DNA of 63,536 bases from a virus (taxonomy: Duplodnaviria; Caudoviricetes), in IMG/VR virus record IMGVR_UViG_3300033153_003999, positions 1 through 63,536 of that record; one strand, 5' to 3'. The notes under the pieces were generated by a model. It did not search any database, was not told the DNA's origin, and saw only the letters and a list, made by a program, of their open reading frames with translations. Position 1 is the first letter of the stretch. Each line of letters begins with the position of its first letter. The position numbers and the translations under genes were made by a program. Shown here in pieces: positions 9,905 to 19,655 of this stretch.

Positions 9905-10029
9905 ATTGTCTCCTCTGTGTAGGGTATTATTACCCATGAGGTCATGTTGAACTTATTCCACAAGATAGTCAAGAGGAGACGCTATGCCTATAAATAGAGG
10001 GGTAAAAGCTAAATATCAGGAGAGGATCC

Positions 10030-10254
10030 ATGAGCGACAATCAGCCGGAGAGAGCATATAACATCCAGGTTGATGCTACCGTTGTGTCCAAGGATCTTGG
10101 CGAGGCTCTCGGTGAAATGCTAACAGCTGTTACTCGCCTCGCAGACGAGAAAGGATCCGAAGTCGGTAACTACACGCTTATCAATCATGGTGCTATCTGC
10201 GGTTACCTGGATGTGACCGAAACCCGAATGGATGACCGCGAGGGAATGAACTGA
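10030..10254 (+). CDS. hypothetical protein
   Basis: GGAGAGG RBS; TGATG coupled to terS. Confidence 0.65.
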   Translation: MSDNQPERAYNIQVDATVVSKDLGEALGEMLTAVTRLADEKGSEVGNYTLINHGAICGYLDVTETRMDDREGMN

Positions 10255-10787
10255 TGGCCGGCGGTCAACACCAGATACAGGACTTAACCTGTAAGGCAAA
10301 CATCAAGCTCACTCGTAGTGAGAAACGCTTCTGTGATCTATTGCGACTAAACCCAGGTTTACCACAGTACAAGGCCTATATGCAGGCCTTTCCCAGAACC
10401 AAGAAGGAAAACACAGCAAGTACGAGCGCTAACAAGCTTTTGAAGAAGCCTGAGATACACGCATATTTGCAGCTGAAGCTGCGAGAAGCCGAGGAAGCGA
10501 CTGATCTTGATGAAAAATGGGTGCTTCGCAGACTGCGAACTATCAGTGATCGTTGCATGGTTGCCGAAGCTGTTGAAGCGTTCGATCCCGACATGAAGAT
10601 GATGGTGCCCACTGGCGAGTATAAGTTTGATAGCAGTGGCGCCAACAAATCCACTGAGTTGATCGGCAAACACTTCAAGATGTTCACTGACAAGATCGAC
10701 GTGAATCAGAAGACTACCGTTCGCTTTGACCTGCATTTCGGTGGCGAGAAGCCAAAGAGCCCGAAGGATGCAAAATCCGATAAGTAA
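10254..10787 (+). CDS. terS: terminase small subunit
   Basis: LT..EKRFC..AY..A...A..LLKKPEI..YL; FDSSGANKSTELIGKHFKMFTDK. Confidence 0.88.
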   Translation: MAGGQHQIQDLTCKANIKLTRSEKRFCDLLRLNPGLPQYKAYMQAFPRTKKENTASTSANKLLKKPEIHAYLQLKLREAEEATDLDEKWVLRRLRTISDRCMVAEAVEAFDPDMKMMVPTGEYKFDSSGANKSTELIGKHFKMFTDKIDVNQKTTVRFDLHFGGEKPKSPKDAKSDK

Positions 10788-11238
10788 ACTCTGGTGCTGG
10801 TTGCTCGGCCATAACTGGGCCAAGCACACGCAGTACGATGGTCGCAACGGTTACGGTTTTCCAATAGCAAAAGTTACAAGGTATCGATGTCTCCGTTGCG
10901 GGGACTGTCGGTATGAATGAGTTATGTCCTCCCCGATGCGGATCAGCTTCCGTCTCCTCGGGGCAATTGGCGGAGGGGAGGGCTCCAGTTTTGATTCTGC
11001 GATTAATACACATACCGGCGGATAGGGCGTTCGGCCAGAGTCAATTCAGTTTTCCCCCATAGGATATGGTGAACGTGAAAAGATACACGGCATCGGGGGA
11101 AATTCAGAGGTGTTATGGGTAGGGTCTGGTTGAGATCGCGGCTTGTGCTCGCTCTCACGAGGTCGAAATCTATCAACATCACCGAAAAGAGCACAAATGC
11201 CCGTTATGGGCGACATTCACCAACAAAGGAGATCCGTT

Positions 11239-11658
11239 ATGGACTCAGGCTTACCACCAGAACTCAGCTTCTATGAAGAAGTGCAAAACAAGACTCCATG
11301 GTTTTCAGACCTGGATGACTGGCTCACCAACCTGGGCAAGTTTACTGCCGCAAATGATATTGAATACCTCGAGCGCGACACGCCGGACATCATCCGGTAC
11401 AGGATTTACACGGACAACAACAGGTACACAATCATGGCTTGCCGGCCATTCCCGGGTAAGAAGGGGTATCTCGGCTGCATTGCAAGCAACCGCAAGACCA
11501 GAGCCGGTGAGGACTGGCATCGTGGCAACGATCTGGCCGATGGTTTCTACCATCCGGATACGTGGCACGAGATCCTGGCCGACATCGTGTCGTATGAATT
11601 GGTTAAGGTGCACACGCCCAAGGAAGATGGGCCCGTCACTGAAAGCGCACAGGCCTAG
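11239..11658 (+). CDS. hypothetical phage protein
   Basis: AAGGAG RBS; GYLGCIASNRK.RAGEDWHRGNDLADG. Confidence 0.7.
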   Translation: MDSGLPPELSFYEEVQNKTPWFSDLDDWLTNLGKFTAANDIEYLERDTPDIIRYRIYTDNNRYTIMACRPFPGKKGYLGCIASNRKTRAGEDWHRGNDLADGFYHPDTWHEILADIVSYELVKVHTPKEDGPVTESAQA

Positions 11659-11703
11659 CCAACTGGCCTTTATTTAGCTGGCAACTACCGAGAGGAAAGA
11701 ATC

Positions 11704-11901
11704 ATGGGTAAATTCGATCAAATAGCTGGTGAGGAAATGCCAGTAATTGCTTTTGCAGACCTGGTTGCCGCTGCTGCCGCTAATATCGGCTATGTCGCAT
11801 GGTGTCCCACCGGCATTGCTGGCTCGGCTGGCCTGATTGTGTCTAATGGCACGAACTGGGTTCAGGTCGCAGACGGCACTACGACTGCCGCTGAATCCTA
11901 A
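11704..11901 (+). CDS. small putative virion protein
   Basis: GAGG RBS; VSNGTNWVQV fibre-like motif. Confidence 0.55.
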   Translation: MGKFDQIAGEEMPVIAFADLVAAAAANIGYVAWCPTGIAGSAGLIVSNGTNWVQVADGTTTAAES

Positions 11902-12004
11902 CTGATTGTCTGGATCTCGGGCAGGAGCCCGGATCTAGGCTGTTCCCGAAATCTATACTTAGTGGCCAGGGATGGCTGGTTAGCGACCTTTGGAGGACGC
12001 AGAT

Positions 12005-12433
12005 ATGTCATGGCGTGAAAATCTTAACGTAAATCAACTGACTCTCGGCAGTAACATGGTCAATCAATCAGACGGCCCCCAGGGTGTCGTTATGACGGTT
12101 GGTACTCAAGCTGCCGATGTCATTACCGTCGCATGTCAATTCAACGACGCGAACGGCAAAGCATTGGAAGTGCCGGGGGCTTTATCCTGGTATCTGGCTG
12201 ACGATGCTGCTGGATTGACTCCAACCGCTGCTGCACCTGATGTCGGCACTGCTGCCGGTACAGATGGAGCAATAATCGAAAACGTGGCGAATGTCGCTGG
12301 CGTGGCAGTAAGCGAGGTTGATGGTGACGTCGACATTGCTATTGAAGACGCCACCGGTACGCCGACGTGGTACTTAGTATTTATATTACCGACTGGCAAG
12401 CTCGCCATCTCGGACGCGATTACCTTCGCGTAA
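12005..12433 (+). CDS. putative virion decoration protein
   Basis: Acidic, Ala/Gly/Thr-rich beta protein; GGAGG RBS; followed by a terminator. Confidence 0.55.
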   Translation: MSWRENLNVNQLTLGSNMVNQSDGPQGVVMTVGTQAADVITVACQFNDANGKALEVPGALSWYLADDAAGLTPTAAAPDVGTAAGTDGAIIENVANVAGVAVSEVDGDVDIAIEDATGTPTWYLVFILPTGKLAISDAITFA

Positions 12434-12445
12434 GACTGACTGATT

Positions 12446-12470
12446 GCCCCCCCACAAGGGGGGCTTTCTT
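12446..12470 (+). terminator. intrinsic terminator
   Basis: GCCCCCC-CACAA-GGGGGGC-TTTCTT. Confidence 0.75.
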
Positions 12471-12684
12471 CATGGCGAGCTAACTCTCAAGAGGAGGTAG
12501 CCGCTATGAATGACGTACAGAAGGCACTTGTGCGCCTGGCACAGGACAAGAAAGTAGAAGTAGATACCCGACCAAAGGTCGTTACCTACATGGGCCAAGA
12601 TGGCAAAATGCACACCGTCAATGAGGGTGAGCGCGTGCCGGTTCTGCCTGTTCGTGACTGCCTGATAGTTTAAGAGGAGACGCT

Positions 12685-12894
12685 ATGGACGAAGTAATTG
12701 ACGTAACCGTTGTCAATTTCCCCGACGGAACTACGGTCTGGATCCAGACTGACGAGTACGAGGCCGATTACCTGGACAAATGCCTCGCTGCCTGGAAAGA
12801 GAGCAAGACCGAGCTTTACCTGATCGATCGTTTGCTCAAGATCGCAGAACGGGATCCGGTCATCATCAAGCACCCCGAGAGGAAGGTCGAATGA
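12685..12894 (+). CDS. hypothetical protein
   Basis: AGAGGAGAC RBS. Confidence 0.7.
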   Translation: MDEVIDVTVVNFPDGTTVWIQTDEYEADYLDKCLAAWKESKTELYLIDRLLKIAERDPVIIKHPERKVE

Positions 12895-13027
12895 GCGCCA
12901 TAATCCGGTGGTTCAAATCTATTCATGCCAATGACCCGGTACATGCCTGCCATTTCTACAAGAAAAATGGCTGTTCCCATGTTGATGGAATGTTATGTGA
13001 CATGGATACCTGCACGATGAGGAAGCT

Positions 13028-13375
13028 ATGAGCGGCTGGATAGGTGTAGATCTGGATGGCACGCTCGCCCACTACGACGAGTGGCGCGGTATCGAGCATA
13101 TTGGTGACCTGGTTGAGGCCATGCGGATCCGTGTCTTGCGTTGGTGTGCCGATGGCGTCGAGGTCAAGATCTTCACGGCTCGCGTTCACCCCGAAGATAC
13201 GAGGGAAGAGGTCATCGGCTACATTCATGCTTGGCTCGAGAAACATGGCATGCCAAAGCTGGAAGTCACCAACGTCAAGGACTTTGGCATGATCGAGCTA
13301 TGGGATGACCGCTGCGTGCAGGTGATCCCGAACCTGGGCTGCCCGGTGTCACCGATATACGCAGGCAGGAAGTAA
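13028..13375 (+). CDS. small HAD-superfamily phosphatase
   Basis: IGVDLDGTL (DxDGT), IFTAR, K..LWDDR. Confidence 0.85.
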   Translation: MSGWIGVDLDGTLAHYDEWRGIEHIGDLVEAMRIRVLRWCADGVEVKIFTARVHPEDTREEVIGYIHAWLEKHGMPKLEVTNVKDFGMIELWDDRCVQVIPNLGCPVSPIYAGRK

Positions 13376-13811
13376 ATGCCGGTCTATACCGACGAGACCT
13401 TTGCACAATGGCGAGCGAGGGCGACATGGCGAGACTGGATGGAAGAAGCCCTTTATTTCAACGTGTTATCGCTTTTTATCACCATGAGCGGGCTAATGAC
13501 CTATGTGCACGTAGGGGGATGACATGCGAACACCAGAAGAGATCTTGTCCAATATTAAGCAAGAGGTGGGGGCGGGGCTCCGCTTTCACGAGGCCACCGG
13601 TTTATGGTCAGAATATGTACAGTCCAGCTTCAAGGAGAATCTAGATGCACAAAACTACAAGCAAGAAAACAGAAGGCCCGCAGGCGAAGGCTGCCTCCCG
13701 GCCGAAGATGAAGCGCTTTCCCAATAACGATGGTCTCAAGGCCGTGACACCGGCTGGTAAGGTGGAAGAGACAGGCACCGGCAATCGTCGCGGTAACCCG
13801 AGTCTGAGCTA

Positions 13812-14243
13812 ATGGAGTTTGCTCAGGCTTTTCTCTGCGGCAAGCCGCATGACACCGACTTCGAGCCACCAATTCACTACAGATCGGCCAAGACCGGCGG
13901 TCTGGGGCGCAAGTACAATGGTGGTCGCAATCGATGGACGCCGGAAGAGAATCGGATCCTGGTCGAGAACTACCCGATCTCGGGCGTGGAGGGTTGTGTG
14001 CTGTTGCTACCGAATCGTAGCCCGCAGGCCATATCTGTCCAGGCCTGTAAGAAGCGGGTCACGAGCAGCTACAACAGTGGCGCCATTCGCGCGCCATGGT
14101 CAGTTCTTGAGAACGAGATCGTGGCCAAACACGATAGCCCGCAACTGGCCGTTGCCGAATTGGCTCGAGCCGGCTTCACCCGCAGTTACGCAGCCGTGAA
14201 TCAGCGCATAAGCCAGTACAGCAAAAAGCATGGCAATCGTTGA
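13812..14243 (+). CDS. Myb/HTH-repeat DNA-binding protein
   Basis: RWTPEENRIL..NRSPQAI and WSVLENEIV..TRSYAAV repeats. Confidence 0.6.
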   Translation: MEFAQAFLCGKPHDTDFEPPIHYRSAKTGGLGRKYNGGRNRWTPEENRILVENYPISGVEGCVLLLPNRSPQAISVQACKKRVTSSYNSGAIRAPWSVLENEIVAKHDSPQLAVAELARAGFTRSYAAVNQRISQYSKKHGNR

Positions 14244-15702
14244 GAACGAGGAAAACGAGGAGCACGTCGAATACTGGGCAGAGCCCACAATGGAGGCATT
14301 TCACGCGGATGATAGCTATGTCCGTGGACTGAGAGGCCCAATCGGTAGCGGCAAGTCCGTTGCCATGGTGTTCGAGTGTATTGGCCGCGGCAAGCGACAG
14401 GCGGCTGGGCCAGATGGTATCCGGCGTAGTCGCTGCGCGATCATACGAAACACGTATCCAGAGCTGAAAACCACGACGGTCAACACCTGGAAGGACTGGA
14501 TACCGGAGAATCATTACCCGATTAATTGGGGAACACCGATTACCTGCCGTGTCGTGGTGCCACTCAAGGACGGCACCACCATGGACATGGAGGTAGTTTT
14601 CCTTGCGCTGGACAGGCCAGCCGATATTAAGAAGCTGCTATCGCTTGAATTGACCTTTGCCTGGATCAATGAGGCACGGGAATTGCCGCACGAGATCGTG
14701 GAGGCGGTGACATCCCGACTCGGTCGTTTCCCGGGCAAGAAATATGGAGCTCCAATTACGTGGACGGGCCTGTTCATGGACACCAACCCACCGGATGACG
14801 ATCACTGGTGGTATCGCATGTTTGAAGTCGAGAAGCCGCGCAACTGGCGCCAATTCTCGCAGCCACCGGCTTTGATTAAGTACGGCGAAGACTACATGCC
14901 CAACCCGGATGCTGAGAACATCAAGAACCTGCAGCTGGGTTATGACTACTATCTCAACATGCTGGGCGGCAAGACCTATGACTGGATCAAGGTCTATATC
15001 ATGGGTCAGTACGGCACCGTCCAGGACGGCAAGCCCGTCTACCCCGAGTACGTGGATAGTCTGCACTGTGCCGAGGAAGAGCTTGAGCCCATACGGGGCT
15101 TGCCGCTGCGGCTTGGCTGGGACTTTGGGCTCACGCCGGCTGTAGCCATATTCCAGCAGACGCCCGGTGGCGGCATTATCGTTATCGAGGAAGTGGTCAG
15201 CGAGGACATGGGTATACGCCGGTTCTCGCGCGATATGGTCAAGCCCGTGCTCGCCAACCGGTATGAGGGCATGATTCTCGTCAGTACCGGTGATCCAGCC
15301 GGTACTCAGCGCGTCCAGACCGAAGAAAACACGTGCATGCAGGTGCTCATGGAAGAAGGCATTGCCACCCAGCCGGCACATACCCAGGAATATATCGCCA
15401 GACGTGAGTCTGTTGCCGACTTCCTGGTATCAACGGATATCGACGGCAAGCCAGCTTTCCAGCTCTCGCCCAGATGCCGGATCCTGAGAAAGGGCTTTAA
15501 CGGCGCCTACAAGTATGAGCGCATCCAAGCCGCAGGACAGGGCTACGAGGTCAGACACAAGGATCGCCCGGGTAAGAGCCGGTTCTCACACGTGCACGAA
15601 GGCCTCCAATATGGAGTTATGGAATTGACCCGGGGCTACAAGATCGAGCGTCCGAAATCGAGACAGGTTCAACGCAGGACAAGCCGCGGCTGGGCCGCAT
15701 AG
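14230..15702 (+). CDS. terL: terminase large subunit
   Basis: GPIGSGKS Walker A, WINEARE Walker B, DTNPP, LGWDFG nuclease. Confidence 0.96.
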   Translation: MAIVENEENEEHVEYWAEPTMEAFHADDSYVRGLRGPIGSGKSVAMVFECIGRGKRQAAGPDGIRRSRCAIIRNTYPELKTTTVNTWKDWIPENHYPINWGTPITCRVVVPLKDGTTMDMEVVFLALDRPADIKKLLSLELTFAWINEARELPHEIVEAVTSRLGRFPGKKYGAPITWTGLFMDTNPPDDDHWWYRMFEVEKPRNWRQFSQPPALIKYGEDYMPNPDAENIKNLQLGYDYYLNMLGGKTYDWIKVYIMGQYGTVQDGKPVYPEYVDSLHCAEEELEPIRGLPLRLGWDFGLTPAVAIFQQTPGGGIIVIEEVVSEDMGIRRFSRDMVKPVLANRYEGMILVSTGDPAGTQRVQTEENTCMQVLMEEGIATQPAHTQEYIARRESVADFLVSTDIDGKPAFQLSPRCRILRKGFNGAYKYERIQAAGQGYEVRHKDRPGKSRFSHVHEGLQYGVMELTRGYKIERPKSRQVQRRTSRGWAA

Positions 15703-16077
15703 TCAACGGAATCAAGAGGGCAAAAAATGGCTTACCCAGGTGAAAAAAAGCACACGCGTTACATCGATTACGCGACCAGTGAAAAAATGGAGGCCAGGCC
15801 TATGACCAAAAGCCAATGGTCGAAAGAACAGGCAGCTGCCGCCAAGGCAGCCAAAAAGGCGGCAAACAGCAAATGAAGCTCTTGAACGGAACCGTCGCCC
15901 ACGAGGCGCACAGCGGCCAGACCCATATCCGGCTGTATTTCAACAAAACCGGCGAATATACCGGTGAGCGGCATACGAGCGTGGACGGTGTCCTGTTTAA
16001 GGGCATGGGCCCAGCCGCGGCTGCGGCAATTTTGCGCGACATGGCCGACAAGATCGAAAAACTAGAGGAGACAGCCG

Positions 16078-16365
16078 TTGAAGCACTTTAAGAATATTGG
16101 CGTGCGCCCGATTGAGATGGAGCACGAGGAAACCGGGGAAAAGATTACGGGCGCGCTGCTGACCGTCATTTTCTCCGATACTGTCATTAAACCACCGGCT
16201 ACCAAGCTGGAAGAGCTGCCTCTGCACACGGCTATCCCGCAAGGGATTACTGCCGAGCAAATGGCAGATGTCTTTGAAGCATACGCGCAGGCGATCCGGG
16301 ATCAGGTGATAGACGAGCCTGTTCTCAAGCTGGCCGTAGACAACTCGGAACAAATAAATGGCTGA
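16078..16365 (+). CDS. hypothetical protein
   Basis: GAGGAGAC RBS before TTG; overlaps the portal start. Confidence 0.6.
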   Translation: MKHFKNIGVRPIEMEHEETGEKITGALLTVIFSDTVIKPPATKLEELPLHTAIPQGITAEQMADVFEAYAQAIRDQVIDEPVLKLAVDNSEQING

Positions 16366-18811
16366 AGCCCTCCCTTCCAGTAATGGCGCCGTTCTAGGCA
16401 AACCGAAATCGTCACTCATTCGCATCACCGGCAACAAAGAGCTGATGAAAATGGATGAAGATCTCGAAGTCCTGCAAGACGAGGAGATCACGGCCGGGTT
16501 GACGCGCATTGTCCAAAAGGCGTGGGAGATCAATCGACAGGCCAAGGAGCGGGTCGAGGACGAAATGCTTGACGCCCTGCGCCAGCGCAACGGTATTTAC
16601 GACACGCAGACGCTCACCAGCATCCGCGAGCAGGGCGGGAGCGAGATCTTTATGATGCTGACCAGCACCAAGGTCAGAGCCGCTATTGCCTGGATACGAG
16701 ACATTCTCATGCCTGCCGGCGACAAGCCGTGGGGTTTGACGCCGACACCTATCCCGGAGCTGCCAGATTGGGCAAATCAGGCCATTGCCCAACGCATTGC
16801 CCAGACCATGCCGGAAGGCATGTCCGATGACGACGTCATGGGCCGAGCGTCGACCATGCGTGACGAGGTTATGAAGGCCTTGGACGAGATCGCTCGCAAA
16901 GCTGCTGAGGGCATGGAGGAAAAGATCGAAGACCAGATGGCCGAAGGTGGCTGGGAAGATGCCTTCGACGAGTTTGTGGACGATTTCTGCACGTTTAGCG
17001 CCGCCTTTATGAAGGGGCCGGTACTGAAAAATAGCCGCACCCTGAAGTGGAATATGGGTATCAGCGGCGAAGTCAGTCCCGACGTGCAGATGGAGAAAAG
17101 GCTTGAATGGGAGCGTGTCTCGCCATTCGACATGTATCCGAGCCCGGAATCGAGCAAGATCAATGACGGCAACCTGATTGAGCGTATTCGCTACACCAGG
17201 GCGCAGATCTATAACCTGAAAGGCCTGAAAGGCTATTCAGACGAGAATATCGAGAAAGTGCTGGACGAATATGGTCGAGGCGGTCTCCGTGACTGGCTCT
17301 GGCGTGACTATGAGCGGGCACAGCTCGAAGGCAAGGAAAACTGGTGGCTCAGAGCAGATACCAACACTATCGATGGCATCCATTACTGGGGATCTGCCCA
17401 AGGCTTGACCTTGCTCGAGTGGGGCATGGATCCGAAGAAAATCCCGGACCCGCTCGCCGAGTACCATGTTGACGCCATTCTGGTCGGTCGTCACATTATC
17501 CGAGCCGTGGTCAATAACGACCCGCTCAAGCGCCGTCCCTACCACAAGACCAGCTTCCAGAACATACCGGGCGCCTTCTGGGGCGTGTCCGTTCCCTACC
17601 TTATGCGAGACCACCAGCGCATATGTAACGCTACCGCGCGCGCTCTGTCCAATAATCTCGGCATGGCATCCGGGCCACAGATCGAGGTCAATGTAGATCG
17701 CTTGCCCGAGGGCGAGGTCATCGAACAGCCTTATCCGTGGAAGATCTGGCAGACCACCAACGACAAGACCGGCCAAAGCAAGCCCGCCATCAACTTCTTC
17801 CAGCCCAGCTCAAACGCTGGCGAGCTTCTAGCCGTGTTCGATGCCTTCGAGAAAAAGGCCGACGACGCTACCAATATCCCGCGCTACGCCTACGGCAATG
17901 AAAAGATCGGTGGCGCCGGTAACACAGCTTCCGGCCTGTCCATGCTGATGAACGCAGCCAGCAAAGGCATAAAATTGGCGATTGCCAACGTGGACAAGGG
18001 CGCGATTAAGCCCAATATCGAAATGGCGTTCACCCACAACATGCTCTTCGACCCGGACAAGACCATCAAGGGTGATGCCAAGATCATTGCCCGCGGCAGT
18101 AATGCCCTGCTTATGAAGGAAACCCAGCAGATACGACGTAACGAGTTCCTGGGCATGACCAACAACCCGGTAGACCTGCAAATCATGGGGCCGGAAGGTC
18201 GCGCCGAGATCCTGCGCGAGACCGTCAAGAACCTGGACGTGGATCACGACAAGGTGGTGCCACCGCGCGACGAGTTCCTGGCGCGCATGAAGGAGCAGAG
18301 CCAGGACGAGGGGCCAAATCCGGACATGGCGAAGATCGAGCTGTTAAAAGAGCAGGGCCAGCAGAAGTTGGATCAGGACAAGGCCCAGCACAAGGAGCGC
18401 ATGGACTTCGAGTACGAGCGTACCGATCAGCAGGCCGAGCAGGTCGTGGAACAGAACAAGGACAAGCTCGCCATGGAAGAGCGGATCTCTCAGGCCCGTA
18501 TGGCCGAAGACAGACGCAAGGCCGACGAGCAGATGAAGCTCGAGCGCTATAAGGCCCGTCTATCGCATTTGCGCGATCTCAAGAAGATCAAGAACGAGGT
18601 CAGGGCTGTCGAGCGTCAGGATAAGCAGAGCAGTGCTGTCGAGGCCAAAGCAGCATCGGCTCCGGTTCAGCAACCGGCTCAAAACGTGATTATTCACGTC
18701 GATACCAAGACGGGGGCGGTGGAGAAGATTATCGACGTCACTGGCCGTGATGCCGGCGGCAAGATCAAGCAGGCAAAAATGACAGAAATCCCAGCAGAAG
18801 CAACAACTTAG
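16358..18811 (+). CDS. portal protein with long C-terminal coiled coil (P22-like barrel)
   Basis: Follows terL; RVSPFDMYP, FWG..VP, TASGLSMLM; charged helical C-terminus. Confidence 0.88.
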   Translation: MAEALPSSNGAVLGKPKSSLIRITGNKELMKMDEDLEVLQDEEITAGLTRIVQKAWEINRQAKERVEDEMLDALRQRNGIYDTQTLTSIREQGGSEIFMMLTSTKVRAAIAWIRDILMPAGDKPWGLTPTPIPELPDWANQAIAQRIAQTMPEGMSDDDVMGRASTMRDEVMKALDEIARKAAEGMEEKIEDQMAEGGWEDAFDEFVDDFCTFSAAFMKGPVLKNSRTLKWNMGISGEVSPDVQMEKRLEWERVSPFDMYPSPESSKINDGNLIERIRYTRAQIYNLKGLKGYSDENIEKVLDEYGRGGLRDWLWRDYERAQLEGKENWWLRADTNTIDGIHYWGSAQGLTLLEWGMDPKKIPDPLAEYHVDAILVGRHIIRAVVNNDPLKRRPYHKTSFQNIPGAFWGVSVPYLMRDHQRICNATARALSNNLGMASGPQIEVNVDRLPEGEVIEQPYPWKIWQTTNDKTGQSKPAINFFQPSSNAGELLAVFDAFEKKADDATNIPRYAYGNEKIGGAGNTASGLSMLMNAASKGIKLAIANVDKGAIKPNIEMAFTHNMLFDPDKTIKGDAKIIARGSNALLMKETQQIRRNEFLGMTNNPVDLQIMGPEGRAEILRETVKNLDVDHDKVVPPRDEFLARMKEQSQDEGPNPDMAKIELLKEQGQQKLDQDKAQHKERMDFEYERTDQQAEQVVEQNKDKLAMEERISQARMAEDRRKADEQMKLERYKARLSHLRDLKKIKNEVRAVERQDKQSSAVEAKAASAPVQQPAQNVIIHVDTKTGAVEKIIDVTGRDAGGKIKQAKMTEIPAEATT

Positions 18812-18840
18812 GTTCCACGTGGAACAAACGGAGAACAGTA

Positions 18841-19344
18841 ATGTCGATTAAAAACGTAATTCAAGAGCTTGATGTCGCCACTATCGGCTTCACGGCGCCG
18901 GATACTATTTCCGACAGCGCCGACGGGCTCGGCATCTTTGCCGTTGGTGACAAGCTTACGATCACGAACACAGCCAGTAACCAGATCACTGTCACTGTCT
19001 TGTCCGTGACCGATGGCGTCATTACTACCGTCGAGCAGACGATCACCACCGAGGCGGAAGGCACGGTCACGTTGCAGAGCAATCTCACGTCCGAATGGAT
19101 CCAGCCCGACCACCTTGACCTGCGGTCTCCCAAATTGCCGTCTATTGCTGGCGTTGGTACCTGGGGCAGCGGCACGTTGCACATGCAGGTCAGCTTCGAG
19201 CAGGACAAGAGCAACCCGTTTACGATCACGACCGGACTTACGGCTGACGGCATTGAGGCCACTGATTTTGCCGGTGCCAAGTGGGCGCGCCTGCTCTTTG
19301 CCGGTGCCACGGCTCCGGATCTCACCACCTACATGGGCTTCTAG
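18841..19344 (+). CDS. putative virion structural protein
   Basis: Thr/Gly/Asp-rich beta protein in the late operon. Confidence 0.55.
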   Translation: MSIKNVIQELDVATIGFTAPDTISDSADGLGIFAVGDKLTITNTASNQITVTVLSVTDGVITTVEQTITTEAEGTVTLQSNLTSEWIQPDHLDLRSPKLPSIAGVGTWGSGTLHMQVSFEQDKSNPFTITTGLTADGIEATDFAGAKWARLLFAGATAPDLTTYMGF

Positions 19345-19346
19345 TC

Positions 19347-19655
19347 ATGGTGAAATATGTCGCAAACATTCTTCGTGCCGTTGATTACCTCGGTAATGCA
19401 CTGGCTGGTGGCAACCCGCGCGAGACGATATCTAGTCGCGCCGGTCGCTGGGCTGCTAATCACGACAATGCTCTCGCTCATTTTGTTTGTGCCGTTCTGG
19501 ATCTGGTGGATCAGGGCCATTGCCGGCGAGCCGCAGCCAACCACGACAAGCCAACCGAGGCCTTCGATGACCGACCGGTTGCCGGACTGGTTCTATTAAT
19601 CATTGCGTGCGCTGTTGTGTACGTGCTGTACGGAAACTTATTGGGAGTTAAATAA
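19347..19655 (+). CDS. conserved small phage protein (ETISSR motif)
   Basis: D.LGNALAGG.P.ETISSRAG...LD..D.GHC; C-terminal TM. Confidence 0.7.
   Translation: MVKYVANILRAVDYLGNALAGGNPRETISSRAGRWAANHDNALAHFVCAVLDLVDQGHCRRAAANHDKPTEAFDDRPVAGLVLLIIACAVVYVLYGNLLGVK

Noticed and set aside
14230-15702. Intein in terL or in the giant protein's helicase
   Set aside because: Motif spacing looks normal and no C...HN-C/S/T splice junctions were seen
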